From Mobula hypostoma (taxonomy: Eukaryota): a stretch of 64,000 nucleotides of DNA. The first letter of the stretch is position 1, and each line of letters begins with the position of its first letter. A program made the position numbers and the translations under genes. The notes beneath the pieces were generated by a model that saw only the letters and a list, made by a program, of their open reading frames with translations, ran no database searches and was not told the DNA's origin. The stretch spans positions 45,756,001 to 45,820,000 of the forward strand of contig NC_086119.1 of NCBI RefSeq assembly GCF_963921235.1. Direction: 5' to 3'. This document shows, one piece after another, positions 1 to 13,234 of this stretch.

Positions 1-3000
1 ACATTCTTTGCCTTCAAACAAAAACACTGCACAGACCTACAAAAGTCCATATGTTAGCTGCAGCTATACAGTACTACAAGCTCCCTCAACATGAATGAAA
101 CAGCAGAAATAAATCAAGTTGCTTTTCCTCAGAACTGGGAACTGGGACTTGGGAAAGAGAAAAACAATTGATACTCAAGCCAATCTTGCTCTCACTTGGC
201 CTCATGCTACACAGACTGGCAACTTTGTGGATGCTACTCTCCACTTGAGTCAATATTACCAAGAGGCAGGACAGGCTGTGGAGACTGAATCATCTTATTG
301 CTCTCGGATCAAGTAATAAGCACTTAGATACATATTCAAAATTTCTTGATTTCTGATGTGAAGATTTTTCAGAGATCAACCAAAGCTATGATCAAACTTG
401 TTGCCCTGGATGCCTACTTTAATAATACTTTCTGCGCACAATATGAGTTTGAAATCCCAAGTACTTCAAAACAAAAATGTGAGACAACTCATAACCTCAC
501 CTGCTTAAAAAAATACTATGACCGGAACCATCTTATACCATTGAGTTCATAGTGGCTGTAGTTTCATTCATCAGTGCCCAGTAAACGAAAAACATTTGTT
601 TCAAATTTCATAGCACATTACCTTTTTTAGCCTAATATTGACTTTTACAGCATTACCAAAGTCTGCGACCTATATTTAACTATATAAACGTGCCTACAGG
701 TGAATTCTAGCAATAATCTCTCTAAACCAAAGTGTGGCTTTAACTAGCATTTCATCTTTTGCTGCTTTCTGGAAATAGGCCTATCCGTTTTTTTTCCTCA
801 GTTCCAAACTGTCCCAGGTACATTAACACTATATTGCTAAAATCAAAATGGGATTACATACAAATTTGTGCAGTATACAAGAACAAAGTAATTGTCTGTC
901 AACCTTCAAAATTATATTTTGCTATGCCTGCATGTAAAATTAGTTTCAATAATCCTTATCTTTGATCTTTGTTATGTTGACCTGCTTCTCACGTACAAAG
1001 AAAAGGGCAATATTCCAATACAATATTCCACATTGACAACAAGTTGTCAGCACAACATTCTGAAGTGCAACATTACGAATCACGTTGAACTAGGAGCCAT
1101 GAACTGGTTGAAGACATGCTTCTCCAGATGCTTTTCTCATCCCCAGCACCCATGTACTTCAATGACCTTTTCTTCCCTGCACAATTGTCAGCACCTCAAA
1201 AAATTCACTACAGTATAGATACTAATCTGTGCTATCCTTTCTCTGCTCAGCTTTCCCTTTCCCCCATTGTAATTACTGTCTCCCATTCTTCCTCTAATCC
1301 CCTTCCCCCCCCCAACTTTTGCATTAGTTCCAGGTTTGAACCTTTTAGCCTCAAATTTAAATCTGACTTGGCTAATTATAGATCAGAAGACTAACCAACT
1401 CCTTGCAAATTTTGACAACTTGCATTTATGTAGCACAAAATCACCTCTCAGTCACAACCCAAACCACACTGCACATAACTTGCTTTGAAATACTAGAGTA
1501 GATGGCTGCTTGAAGTGTATTTGGTGACTGGTTTGCACACAATAGAAACCACAACAAAAATGCAATGACTACACAGCAATAACATTTTTGATGGTTTGTG
1601 AGGGAAGGATACAGGGCACCATTCTCTGCCAAAGATTTAATGACCATCTTGGTTTTGTGTCTCCCATGTACAGTAACACCTCTGATACACAGTTGCTTGG
1701 TTCTACATTGAAGTGTGACAGCTTCCATTTAATGTCTGCATCCTGATGCCAGGCATAAATCTACGAAGTTCTTACTGCTGCCAACTTATATTAGTGTTAT
1801 ACACTTTTTTCAGTATACATTGATTTCATGAGATATTTGTAATTTCATGTCCAATATATGTAACTGCAGCACCACATCAAATTTAACTTAATTCAGCGTC
1901 TGAATTGTTGTACAGCTGTACTGAATTATTAGCACATATGTGTGACGATAGTTTACCCAACCATTTTAGACTTGCATACAGAGGCATGTGAACAATGGTA
2001 CCAATTATTTTGTCAATGCTGTATTTGGCCAAACTCATGAAGACATGCAGCTGCCAGCAACAACAGCCCCTCAGTTGCCTTACAATACTGTTTCAGCCCA
2101 AGTATTTCAAACTTCAAGTATCCTGAAGGGGCTATGTCTGTCACACTGAGTTTATTATCACTTTGCTAACACCATCTGCTGTTCCTGAGATTCTTTGTTG
2201 CTCGCATTTCAGATTTCCAGCATATTGTTTGAAATTTAATGCAGAGAAATACTATGCTCCAGGAAGCACATTTAAGTGACAGACTTAAAAAAAAACCTGA
2301 GCGTTCAAATGCACGGATGTTTGCTGCAAGAGGCGAAAAGGTGCAACATAAATACAAGCCAAAACATTTTACATATAAAGAAATAGGTGCCAAATCAAAG
2401 TGAGGCAAAATGTGAGACTTGGTTGGAGTGATATTTGAGAATGATTTAAAGATGGGGAAGGAGAAAGGTCTGGAAGCAAATTCTATGGTATAGAACCAAG
2501 GTTGCAGACCAATGAAGAAACTGAAGGAAATTTTCAGAATGTTTCACTGATGGTGGAGATCTCAGGAGGAAGCAGAGATAGATCACTCACCTAGCACTTC
2601 TGGCTATTATCTCTCCATTATAATAAGGTGGTTTCGTCAACAGTAAAGATATACCTGTGACCGACAGAGTGGCGGGGATAATGTCAAATCAGCTCATCGC
2701 TCAAGGGCAATTACTCATGACCCGGCTGAGACCCAATCTGACAGATGGGGACTTCAGATCTGGGCCAGTGATAGTGTCACCAAGCCACTCTTGGATGTCA
2801 ACTTCAAAACTCCAGAGGAGCTTAATCAAGCCTCGAATTAGGAGAAATTTCTCCACGCAGTGTGATTTATTGCAATTCTCTATTCAGAGGGCTGTGGAGG
2901 CTGTCATTGATGAAAAACTCAAGATCAACAAGTTTGGATACTAGAAAATCAAAGAATGATGTAGGAAAATACTGATCATCGCCCATGAATTTGCTGAATG

Positions 3001-3744
3001 GCAGGGCAGATTCAAGAGACCAAATGACCAATCCTGTTCTCACTTCTTATGTTTTTAAATCAAATACAATGAAGCCCCCCTCCCCAACACTCGGAAAACA
3101 CACGTTCTCTTATTTTCAAACGTAGTGGAAATAAGATAGGCTAGTGGTAACCAGGGAAAGATTCCTCGCTCATGTTTGACCTTGAGATTTCACAGAGCCT
3201 GGAGTAAACTTTGAAGACTCCCTGGATGACTGCCTAATGTCTGCAAACACTGTGCCCTGCAGGACAGGGTGTACCCAAGGATTGCAATGGAAGAGTCCAG
3301 CGCAATGACTGCAAGTTATGTGGGTATGGCCATGTCAGGACACTGAATGACAAACCTGTGGGAAAGCTCTTTGAATTTAGACCTCTGTTTGCCAGATGTT
3401 CACAAGGAAGAACCAGAGCTGGGCTGGGAGGAAAGGTACCCAAGTCAATGATGGTGGTCCGTCCAGCTTTGTTCTGTGGTAATTACTTTAATGTGGCAGT
3501 TATAGAAGACCTGAATGCCCCACTAGGACATTTGCAAGTGTGTTAAGAGTCGACAACAATGTTATGTATGAAAACTATCAGAGGCAAGACAGGACAGATA
3601 CTAGAGGACCACGTGGGTAATTTTTCAACCATAAGACCATAAGATATAGGAGCAGAATTAGGCCATTTGGCCCATCAAGTCTGCTTCACCATTTAAAGAC
3701 CATCCAGATGCTCTGTGGTCATCAATAATACGACCAGTACTAAT

Positions 3745-4149
3745 ATCTATCCATAGTATCCTTCTGCCTTAAGTCACATATTTACAGATACTGACTGCAA
3801 CGTTGCAACGGTAAACCAACCATCTTCCTCAGGCACAAGTTAGTCAAGTGACAAGTTCCCCCTAAAGGCACCTTGTCATTTGACTAACTTGAGCCCGAGG
3901 AAGGCAGTCAGGTTTACTGTTGAAACACTGCAATCAGTATCTGTAAGTACAAACTCCATTTCCAGAAAAGTTGGGATATTTTCCAAAATGCAATAAAAAC
4001 AAAAATCAGTGATATGTTAATTCACGTGAACCTTTATTTAACTGACAAAAGTACAAAGAAAAGATTTTCAATAGTTTTACTGACCAACTTAATTTCTGGA
4101 AATGGAGTTTGTATGTATCTGTTAAAGCCAAAGGATACTATCGATAGAT
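3745..4149. repeat. Fold-back inverted repeat (arms about 110 bp), probably Penelope terminal-repeat derived, interrupted by a Tc1 MITE
   Basis: Arm 3745-3855 is the imperfect reverse complement of 3872-3949 plus 4112-4149. Each arm has a C(T/C)GAGGA...G(A/C)AAC hammerhead-like motif. Confidence 0.7.
3950..4111. mobile_element. Tc1/mariner-derived MITE, 162 bp
   Basis: TIRs CAAACTCCATTTCCAGAAA / TTTCTGGAAATGGAGTTTG, with TA on both sides. Confidence 0.85.
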
Positions 4150-5098
4150 TTGATAACCTGTCACAAAGCTTCCACAGTCATTGGTATTAATAATTGGGAA
4201 TTATAAACACCATTTCTAAATTCAAATCCCACTGTGGGAGATGAACTCATTATTCAATCCTCTCGTAACTTGACCTCTGTGCTACCACCAAGCTCTTTGT
4301 AAGAGTTCACTGGTCTTACAGCTAATCAACTTTACTTTATATTCTTACAGGAACTATTTTCAGCATTCTCTATAGAACCAACAACTCAGCCATAGCAGCA
4401 ATCTGAAATAAAATTCTTAAAAGTCTCAACAAGTCTGGCAGTATCTGTAAAACTAGACAGTTATCAAATCAGGATGATCTTTCTTCCAAACTGAACAGAG
4501 GTGGTTGGATTGCTCTTTGTGGAAAACAGTCAGTCTCTGGCATAGCAGTCATTCACCAATTTCTGCATCAAGTAGAAGTATTGTACACTGCTTCCGAATG
4601 CATCATAGAGACTAAAACTTTACAACGTAGCTGAAGGTGAGGAGAAGAAAATTTCTCTGATAAACTCCCCATGATGTCCTGTGTTGAGGAATGTGCATGA
4701 TGAAGCCAACAGTTTTAGGTTTAACACAAGCCTGTACAGAATTGTTTCCTCTATGCCTTTCAATTTTACTCAGATTTCTCAGTCAAAAACTCCTTCATGT
4801 TAAGGACAGTCACTTATCTCATCTCTAGATCTGAGCTTTATTTACTCATATTTAGAAAGCAGTTGCAATGAGCCCGACAGACAAGAGATCACAGGTAGGT
4901 GCAGCCTCTGGGCCATGTGGACAAATTGATTAATTTGACTTCAGGTGATCCCATTGGTGACACTTTTGAAGGTGTTTAAAAAAAAAGAGCTAATCTAAGT
5001 GTCAAAACACCATTAATCTGGAACCACTGTGCCTGTTTGTTACTGGGAGTAGCTTTTGATGTCCGATTTTAAGCAGAGCACACCATCAATTGTTTACT

Positions 5099-5215
5099 TT
5101 GACATTGCGGTGTTCGCCGAGCTTAGCAATTAGCTTGCTGACGTTTTATTGCCAGTCGCGGTGACATCCTTAGTGCGTAGCAATTGCCAAACTCAGCAAA
5201 CGCTGCAACATCAAA
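5099..5215. repeat. Short fold-back element (33-bp imperfect inverted arms), PLE-like
   Basis: ttgacattgcggtgttcgccgagcttagcaatt pairs with aattgccaaactcagcaaacgctgcaacatcaa. The spacer reads CTAAGGATG...AAAACGTC on the minus strand. Confidence 0.55.
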
Positions 5216-5679
5216 CACCTTGACCCATGCTACCAATATCCAACATCATACTAGACAAGATTTTTCAAGACAATTGGACAGCGCTATTGGGGGAGAAGGT
5301 AATGTGTAAAATCTTGATTGCAAAGACTTGAGTACAAAAAAACTATGCTGATATATTGGTGCTCTCTGTGAACATTCTCCACTGAAGTTGTTAAAGTTGG
5401 GAAAATATGAAGTCCTCAAGATCCTAATTCAAATAACAGAGGAATTAACTCCAGCATGCCAACTAATATTTAAACTGATTAACACCACAGAAATAGCATT
5501 GCACTTAGAGCATACACAAACTGCCTTACTTCCTACTTCAACAACAATACTTCAAAAACACTTCATTAACTGTAGAACACATGGGATGATAAAACTACTA
5601 AATTATCTCAATTCTGGCAAGGTCAGAGGGTTGTAAAATTACCACCACTATTCAGGGCCAAAGATAAAAAGCCATATAA

Positions 5680-6845
5680 CCATATAGATTGATCATTGCA
5701 ATAATGCCCTGAGGTAATAGCAGAATAATTTAGAAAAATAATCACAAGATAATTGAGCAGAATTTATATAGTTTTATAAAGGGGAAATGTTTGACCAATC
5801 TGCTAGCGTTCTGAGGCTGTAACAAAAAGGACAGATAAAAGGGAACTGGCAGATGGAATATATTTAGATTTCTAAAGAGTCGGTAATGTGCCCAGTTGCT
5901 GCAGACACTATGGCTTGGGAGAGGGGTAAGGGTGGGTCATTTTCATACCAGCAATCAAGGATCAGCGTCAGGGCCTCAGTTATTAAGAGTCCATATTAAT
6001 AACGGGTGACAGGACCGAATCATTAGTGTAGATGGCTGCAGTCATTTACTGATGATACAAAGATAGATGACCTAGTAAATTGTCAGACAGGTCTAAAGGA
6101 ATTAAACGCATGACCAAAAAGTAGAATGTTGGAAAATGTGAAGATATGCACTCTGAATGAAAAAGTAACTATTATTTAAAAGGGAAGATACCAACAACAC
6201 AAAGGGATGTTGGAGTCATTGTGCTAAAAACAGTGTAGTCAAGTGCTGTAATTCGAAAAACTAGTGAAGTGCTGCCAATTATTGCCAGTGGTACAAAATA
6301 AAGATGCTTTGCTACAACCGCATAGTTGTATCAAAATATCTCTATGGTACATCTTTACTGGTGAAACCATGGAGTATTGAATACAGTTCAGTTTCCTTTT
6401 TAAGCAATTATATCATTTAATTGAAGGCAGTGCAGAGGTCACCCACGATTCCTGGGATGAAAGGAATAATACGCAGAAAGATATAATTTACACTTAGGAG
6501 TAACAGAATCTTATTAAATTGATCTTATTAAAATTCAAGTTTCTGAGGTGGCTTGATAGGTCTTCGCTGAGAGAATGTCTCCTATGGGAATATTTAAAAT
6601 AGAGGGCATTGCTACAGAATAAGGAGTGAACTATTTCAAACAGAGACCAGTAGCAATTCTTCTCTCAAGAGTTATATCTTCTCTACTACTGAGAGCATTG
6701 ACAAAGTCCAAATATATTTAAAGAAATGAACAGAGACAGACTTCAAAGGCATGAAGCTATGGAGAGACCACAATGAAAGTAGCTGGTTAGCCACCTTAAT
6801 GAATGGTAAAGCAGCTTAAGGAGCTGACTGCCTTGCTCCTGCTGT
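5680..6845 (+). mobile_element. Heavily degraded CR1 LINE (RT to 3' UTR)
   Basis: DNA-level resemblance to the RT and 3' regions of the better-preserved CR1 copies in this window. No long ORF. Confidence 0.6.
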
Positions 6846-7439
6846 TTACTACTTTTTTTCCTTACACAAAATCCAAAAACATCAACTGCAATTATCAAGT
6901 CTGAACCTCCTAAGGAGATATGCATTTGTTAATTTCTTTACTTATGTAATTCCTAACTTTAAGACTGTAAAAATTACATTTATTTTGGAAACAAGTATAA
7001 GTACTTCCAATGAAAAGATTCTCTACCTCAAAAACTAGACGTCATAAATATACTAAGAAATATGTAGCCCGCTGGAAACAATTAAAAACAGAAACAACGA
7101 AGTAACTGGAACACATCTGTTTAGAGATGTCGTTAATCTCTTATAAGGCTTCTAAATATCAAGGTTTAAAAAAATAGTGGATTACCGCAAAGGAGATATG
7201 AGAAAATATCTACAGATACGTGATTTATAAAGTTGAAGACAAGACTTAAGTGCAGTTACCTCAGGTACACTAAAAACAGCACATTGTAACTAAATACTAT
7301 ATTTTAAGTAAACAAAAGGCTATTCTGACGTGAAGTTATGAATATTGAGCAATAACTAGACAACAGCAATAGAGAGCCGGACATGCAGAACAGCATTAAA
7401 TGGTAAATACGAATCGACGGTAGCAGTAGGTGGCTGAGT

Positions 7440-8110
7440 GGCCGTACCGGTGTCCTGGCGGAACTGGTGGAGTGTAGGGATATCGATTATATAGGGGGCT
7501 AGCCAGGGGTCGGCCTGACCCAGCGCGATGCTCTGGGTTCCTTTGCCGGTGGCCGCCGCCGCCGCTCCGTGTAGCTGCTGCAGGCTGCGCTCGACGTGCT
7601 CGCTCACTCGGCTGCTGTAGGGCCTCCAGTGGCCCGCCTCGTCCTCCCACTCCCACACCACTACCTGCGGCCCCTGGGCCACCGCCACCGCCACCGCCCC
7701 CGCCCCGGCTGCAGGGAAGCTTGAGGCGCCACCGCCTCCCGCAGCCGCCCCTCCGCTTCCGTACGCCGAGGCCGCCATGTCGTGCTCCCTTCCCGGAGTA
7801 AACCGCGAGCGACACCCACGGACAACTTTCCGATCTAAGCTCCTCCCTCTGCTGTCTCCAGCAAAAAGGGGGGGGGACGGCGTCACCGCGCTGCACCTTG
7901 GGCAATGTAGTTTATTGTGTCAGGATTCCGAGGAGCTCACATCCAATTTGCCCACTGACGGACTACAACTCCCATGAGCACGGTGACTCGCAGTCAGCTG
8001 ACGGTTATGGGCAGGTGCGAGTGTAACAGCGGAGCTGCGAAACTTGGTGGAGAACTTTTCATCATTCTGTTGTTGTAGTTGTTGGGCACCAGGAGAGAAC
8101 TGCGTTGGGA
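7440..8110. promoter_or_regulatory. CpG island over the DTX2 first coding exon and upstream region
   Basis: High GC and CpG density against a CpG-depleted background. Confidence 0.6.
7448..7778 (-). CDS. DTX2: Deltex E3 ubiquitin ligase 2, first coding exon (WWE domain 1); downstream exons not found in the window
   Basis: ATG at 7778. Translation includes VVVWEWEDEAGHWRPYS and SIALGQADPWLAPYIIDIPTLHQFRQDTG, matching Deltex WWE1; LGQADPxLAPYIIDxP is DTX2-like. Phase-1 donor G|GTACGG at 7448/7447. GC/CpG-rich exon. Confidence 0.88.
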
Positions 8111-8367
8111 ATGCGAGCTCAGCAATCACAGAAATTGTGGATTGAAAACAAAAACAAAACGAATGTTGGAAATGTAAAATTGTAATGGAAAAACCTTGCA
8201 GGTCAACGGGCATCTGTGGAGCCGGAAAAAAATATTTCAGCTCAAAGATCGTTGCCACAAAGTGAAACTTCGTAGCTTTTATGGTCCTCTATCTATTTTC
8301 AAACGCGTATTCAATTCATCCCGGAAGTTTACACCCCACATTTAATCATTGCTGGGCCTCTTCATTT

Positions 8368-8610
8368 GGGGTAGCGGTTAGCACGACATCATTACAACTC
8401 GGGGCAACGGAGTTCGGAGTTCAGTTCTGGTGTCCCCTAAAAGTCTCCTTTGTTCGTCCACCCCAAGAACGCCAGGGTGTCCTCCTACAGTCTAATAACC
8501 TTCCCGGTAGGTTAATTAATCATTATAAACTGTCCTAAACTAGGCTTAAAAGCTCGTTGGGTCGGAAGTATATAATTGATGACCCAACTGTTCAATGGCT
8601 TGTATTAGAA
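8368..8610 (+). mobile_element. tRNA-derived SINE
   Basis: gtagcggttagc A-box-like head and ggagttcagttc B-box-like motif. Similar copies elsewhere in the window. Confidence 0.6.
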
Positions 8611-9394
8611 GAGATTGTGGATAAATAACATCGCAAAACTGAAAGAAAAGGAAATCTACAAAAGGACATTTATGATGTAAATAAGAGTGACAGAGGGGGT
8701 CATTACTCGGTGCTGCTCCCATCTCCAGCAATATAGGCTAGGTCTGCACATTCTCCCTGTGACCACGTACCTTCCCCTCGAGGATCAGGTTTCCTCCCTA
8801 GTGCAGATAAATCAATTGGTTACTGTGAAAGGGCAAAATAATCAAAGTTTCGCTTTTAGGCCCCTAAGGAAAAACGCTGCAGAGGTACAGGGATAGAATT
8901 GATAGGAGCACTGCTGAGATTTTGTATGGTCACAATGGGATGAGTAACCTCCTGAGTCATACAGTAAGCAAGTAAAAACGACTTGGTGATGGGGGTTAAC
9001 ATTATCTGCTTTAAATCTTCCTCTAGCAAAAACACTCTTTCAGAGAAGTATACGGAAATTCAGGATTATTTACCCCTGTCAATCTCCTCATTTGGCTGAC
9101 CTGCCTTCCCAGAGAATCTACAGTATATTCCATTGATAGCAAGTAAGTTCTTCTTTAGGTCGAAACCAAAATTGTGTGCAAAACCACAGGTGTGGTTTCA
9201 ACAAGGTCCTGTATAATTGTGGTAAAACATCTTTATTCTTGTACTCAAATTCTCTTGCAGAGAAGACCCATATACAATTTCCCTTTCTAATTGCCTGAGG
9301 CTCTTGCACATTAGCTGGCAGTTACTTGTGGACAAGGGCACTTGGATCCTTTGAACATCGACATGCCTAAGTCTCTCATCGTTGAAAATGACTT

Positions 9395-9658
9395 TATTAT
9401 TTATTTATCGAGAATGAGCGCGGAATAGTTCCTTATGGCCTTTCATGCCACACCACTCTGTAACCTCTGATTTAACCCTAACCTAATCATGGGTCAGTTT
9501 ACAATTAACCGACCAACCGGTCTGCTTTGGACTGTGGGAGGAAGCCTGTGCGGTCACGGGGAGAACGTACGAACTCCTTACAGACAGCGGCGGGAATTGA
9601 ACCCAGGTTATTGGTACTGTAAAGCGTTGCGCTAGCCACTATACTACCATGCCGCCCC
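9395..9658 (-). mobile_element. tRNA-derived SINE
   Basis: Minus strand reads ggtagtatagtggctagc...gggttcaattcccg (A/B boxes) with an (AATA)n tail. Confidence 0.7.
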
Positions 9659-10096
9659 AAAATTACACTGCCGTCTTTTTTTTTACTGAACTGGATAATC
9701 GTGCAATTTTCTATATTATATACTGCCCTGGAATTCGGAGAACTGTCCTGCTTATAAATTGCACGGGTCCTTTCAGTTTACCTGAGAGGATGGGCTGTAC
9801 ATGGTTATGTCATGATAATATCACTACCTTCGAAGGGGAAGAAACAATCCTCAATACTGTATTAGCTCAGAATCTAAACTCATATTCTCAGGAGGGGTTT
9901 GGGCATGCATCATTCTGATATCAAGGCAAGACTGCTAACACTAAGCTCCAGTGAGCACATGACAAGGCTATGTCATTCCTAAGAAGTAACTTTAGAAAAC
10001 AAAATTGCCATTATTCAGAGGAAATCTCTCATGGTACCCTGATCTCGTTGAGACCCTCTCTCATGGTGTTCTGTTTTAAATTTTGTAATCTGCATC

Positions 10097-11010
10097 ATCA
10101 AGTCAAGTCAAATCACTTTTTATTGTCATTTCTACCATAACTGCTGATACAGTACACAGTAAAAACAAGACAACGTTTTTCAGGACCATGGTGCTACATG
10201 AACAATACAAAAACTACACTGAACTACGTAAAACAACACAAAACTACACTAGACTACAGACCTACCCAGGACTGCATAAAGTGCACAAACACTGCAGGCA
10301 TTACAATAAATAATAAACAAGACAATAAGCACAGTAGGACAGTCAGTCCAGGCTCTGGGTATTGAGGAGTCTGATGACTTGGGGGAAGAAACTGTTACAT
10401 AGTCTGGTTGTGAGAGCCTGAATACTTCGGTGCCTTTTGCCAGATGGCAGGAGGGAGAAGAGTTTGTATGAGGGGTGCGTAGGGTCCTTCATAATGCTGT
10501 TTGCTTTATGGATGCAGCATGTGGTGTAAATATCTGTAACGGCAGGAAGAGAGACCCCGATGACCTCAGCTGACCTCACTATCCGCTGGAGGGTCCTGCG
10601 ATCCGAGATGATGAAATTTCCGAACCAGGTAGTGGTGCAGCTGCTCAGGATGCTCTCAATACAACCTCTGTAGAATGTGGTGAGGATGAGGGGTGGGAGA
10701 TGGACTTTTCTCAGCCTTCGTAGAAAGTAGAGACTCTGCTGGGCTTTCTTTACTATGGAGCTGGTGTTGAGGGACCAGGTGAGATTCTCCGCCAAGTGAA
10801 CACCAAGAAATTTGGTACTCTTAACGATCTGTACGGAGGAGTCGTTGATGTTCAGTGGAGAGTGGTCACTCCGTGTCCTCCTGAAGTCAACAACCATCTC
10901 TTTTGTTTTGTTCACATTCAGAGACAGGTTGTTGGCTCTGCACCAGTCCATTAGCCGCTGCATTTCCTCTCTGTATGCTGACTCATCATTCTTGCTGATA
11001 AGACCCACCA
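10097..11010 (-). mobile_element. Rex1/Babar LINE 3' fragment (RT C-terminus and 3' UTR)
   Basis: ORF VGLISKNDESAYREE...WCRANNLSLNVNKTKEMVVDFRR...LYFLRRL...NSFFPQ. (TTGAC)n tail. Confidence 0.85.
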
Positions 11011-13234
11011 AATCATCAATATGGATTAGGATATTGTTTGCAATATCTCTGCCACATTTACTGCTGTTGATGGACTCATACCATTAAGCAAGGTATCTGT
11101 GGACCCCCCCTGTAAAAAATATATAAAAATATATGCAAGGTGACCTGACATACTCTATTTAGGAAAATAACTACAAGTACATGCAAAACCTTTGTGTTGG
11201 GAAAACTATTTTAAATTAGGTTTACATGTCAATTTTCCAACCATCTATTTTATGTTCTTCCCTTCATTCCATGAAATAAAACTAATTTTACCACTCAATT
11301 TGAAAATAAAAGAATTGATTTTGTAATTTTAATAGTAAGCAACCATATGCATGTTTTAATGAATGCAATGCTCAAAGCTGCAGAATATTCAACTAGAAAG
11401 ACACTAGTTGACTTATCAGAGCAGATAATATGACTTAAAAGTACAGGATCTCAAAGATCTGAGAGATTCTGCAAGAGGACAGACAATGTTCAAAGTTCAA
11501 AATAAATTTATTATTGAAGTACACGCATGTCACCATACACAAACCTGAGATTAATTTTCTTGTGGGCATACTCAACAAACCTATAGAATAATAACCATAA
11601 CAGAATCAATGAAGGACTGCTGAATTAGGGTGTTCAACCAGAGTGTAGAAGACAACAAATTGTGCAAATACAAAATGAAGAAATAACAATGAATAAATAA
11701 ATAAACAATATATATAGACAACATGAGATGAAGAGTCCTTGAAAGTAATTCCATTGGTCGTGGCAACATTTCAATGATGGGGTAAGTGAAGTTGAGAGAG
11801 GTTATCTTTAGTGCTGAAATAGGGGAAAGATGAACTAGAGAACTGTCGTAGACGGGAAACGTCGACTGGGATAAATAAAGATAACGTTCGATAAATAAAA
11901 GATTGAAATATTAGATATCTATTATCTTGCATTACACCAATAGTTCAACAAGGAGCTTTAAAAAAGCAGCCCTGCAGAGGCATCTCGCGGTCCGAGTCCG
12001 CAACTGCAGGTAGATAGCGTTTTTAATCTACGGGAAGAGAAAATGTGAATATTAAAATTGAAGATGCGCATAAATAACGTGAAATCTCCTTTGCATTTAG
12101 CTGCTCACTTCTCGAACTTCTAGAATTAATATACTTAATACTTCCTATGTTTGTAGAAAGACAGAAGCTAAAGTGAAATCCCAAACTCACTAATAAGTAT
12201 TATTAAACTATAAAAGAAGGTTAAATTCAGGAACGTAAACACGAGGAATTCTGCAGTTGGAAGGCTGGTGATAATAACATGCTTTACTCAATATTGGAAG
12301 TTCCATTTCTAATCAAAAGTCAATCACAATCAAATGCACATACTGCTGAATCTAGAAATGGGTTGGATAGTGTTTGTGGGGAAACACTTTTTAAGATAAT
12401 GAACTTGATCAGAAAATGTGGGTAAAAGCTATTATGGAGATAGTTTACCAGGAATAGAGTTGGGAAATATTTTGGTCCCTGTCTGGGTGGAAGAAAGTGG
12501 GTAATGTTGGTGAATGAGGTGCTTGTTTGTCAGGGAGTCAACGATCAGTTGCAAAGGGAGGTGTTGAGTTCCAGGTCTCGGAGTGTATCTCATTACGATT
12601 TGGGTCACTTGTATCGTGAGTTCTTTGGGCCTGTCATTGCCGAGACCCAAACCACAACACCACGTTTTCCTTAACCTGCAAGACAGCCTTTTATATTGCC
12701 ATACTTGTGGAAAGCATATCTGATTAACAAGGAAGGTATCCACGCTGAACTACAAATAATTATAGCAGAGGGGCAGATAGAGAAAATCTAGCTCGAATGA
12801 CCCAAGTAATGTCGGTCTAAAATCCGATGGCTGAAGATTGTGGCATGGCCCATAAACTGGGTGGGAACATCTCTCAAGCCCGACACCAAACCTTGTTGAT
12901 TTCCCAATTGTCCCTTTGCACTCCAATCTCTATATACTTTGACAAATTTAATCTGAGAATGTTTAATATACCTAAAAATTTGCTCATAGAGGAGCTGCAG
13001 CTTACTTCAATCCTGTGCGGTTGCCTCCACTGTCCCCCGCCCCCCATACCAGGCAGTGATGCAGCCAGTTAGAATGCTCTCCATTGCACATCTGTAGAAA
13101 TTTGGGAGCGTTTTTGGTGATATACCAAATCTCCTCAAACTCCTAATGAGATATAGCCATTGCCTTGCCCTCTTTATAGCTGAATCAATATGTTGGGTCC
13201 AGGTTGGGCCCTCAGAGATATTGACACCCTGCAA

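Noticed and set aside
1-7400. Further DTX2 exons or another gene (for example ORF 2657-2944)
   Set aside because: No Deltex WWE2, RING or DTC-like peptide recognised. Treated as intron, though small exons cannot be excluded by eye.
7396-7905. Alternative-frame 169-aa ORF and the upstream in-frame extension of DTX2
   Set aside because: Expected from the high GC content; no recognisable homology, and the ATG at 7778 fits Deltex N-termini.
10343-11011. 222-aa ORF (also 38042-38641) as a host gene or second AlkB homolog
   Set aside because: It is the C-terminal part of a Rex1/Babar LINE ORF, with no HxD...H dioxygenase motif and multiple decayed copies in the window.
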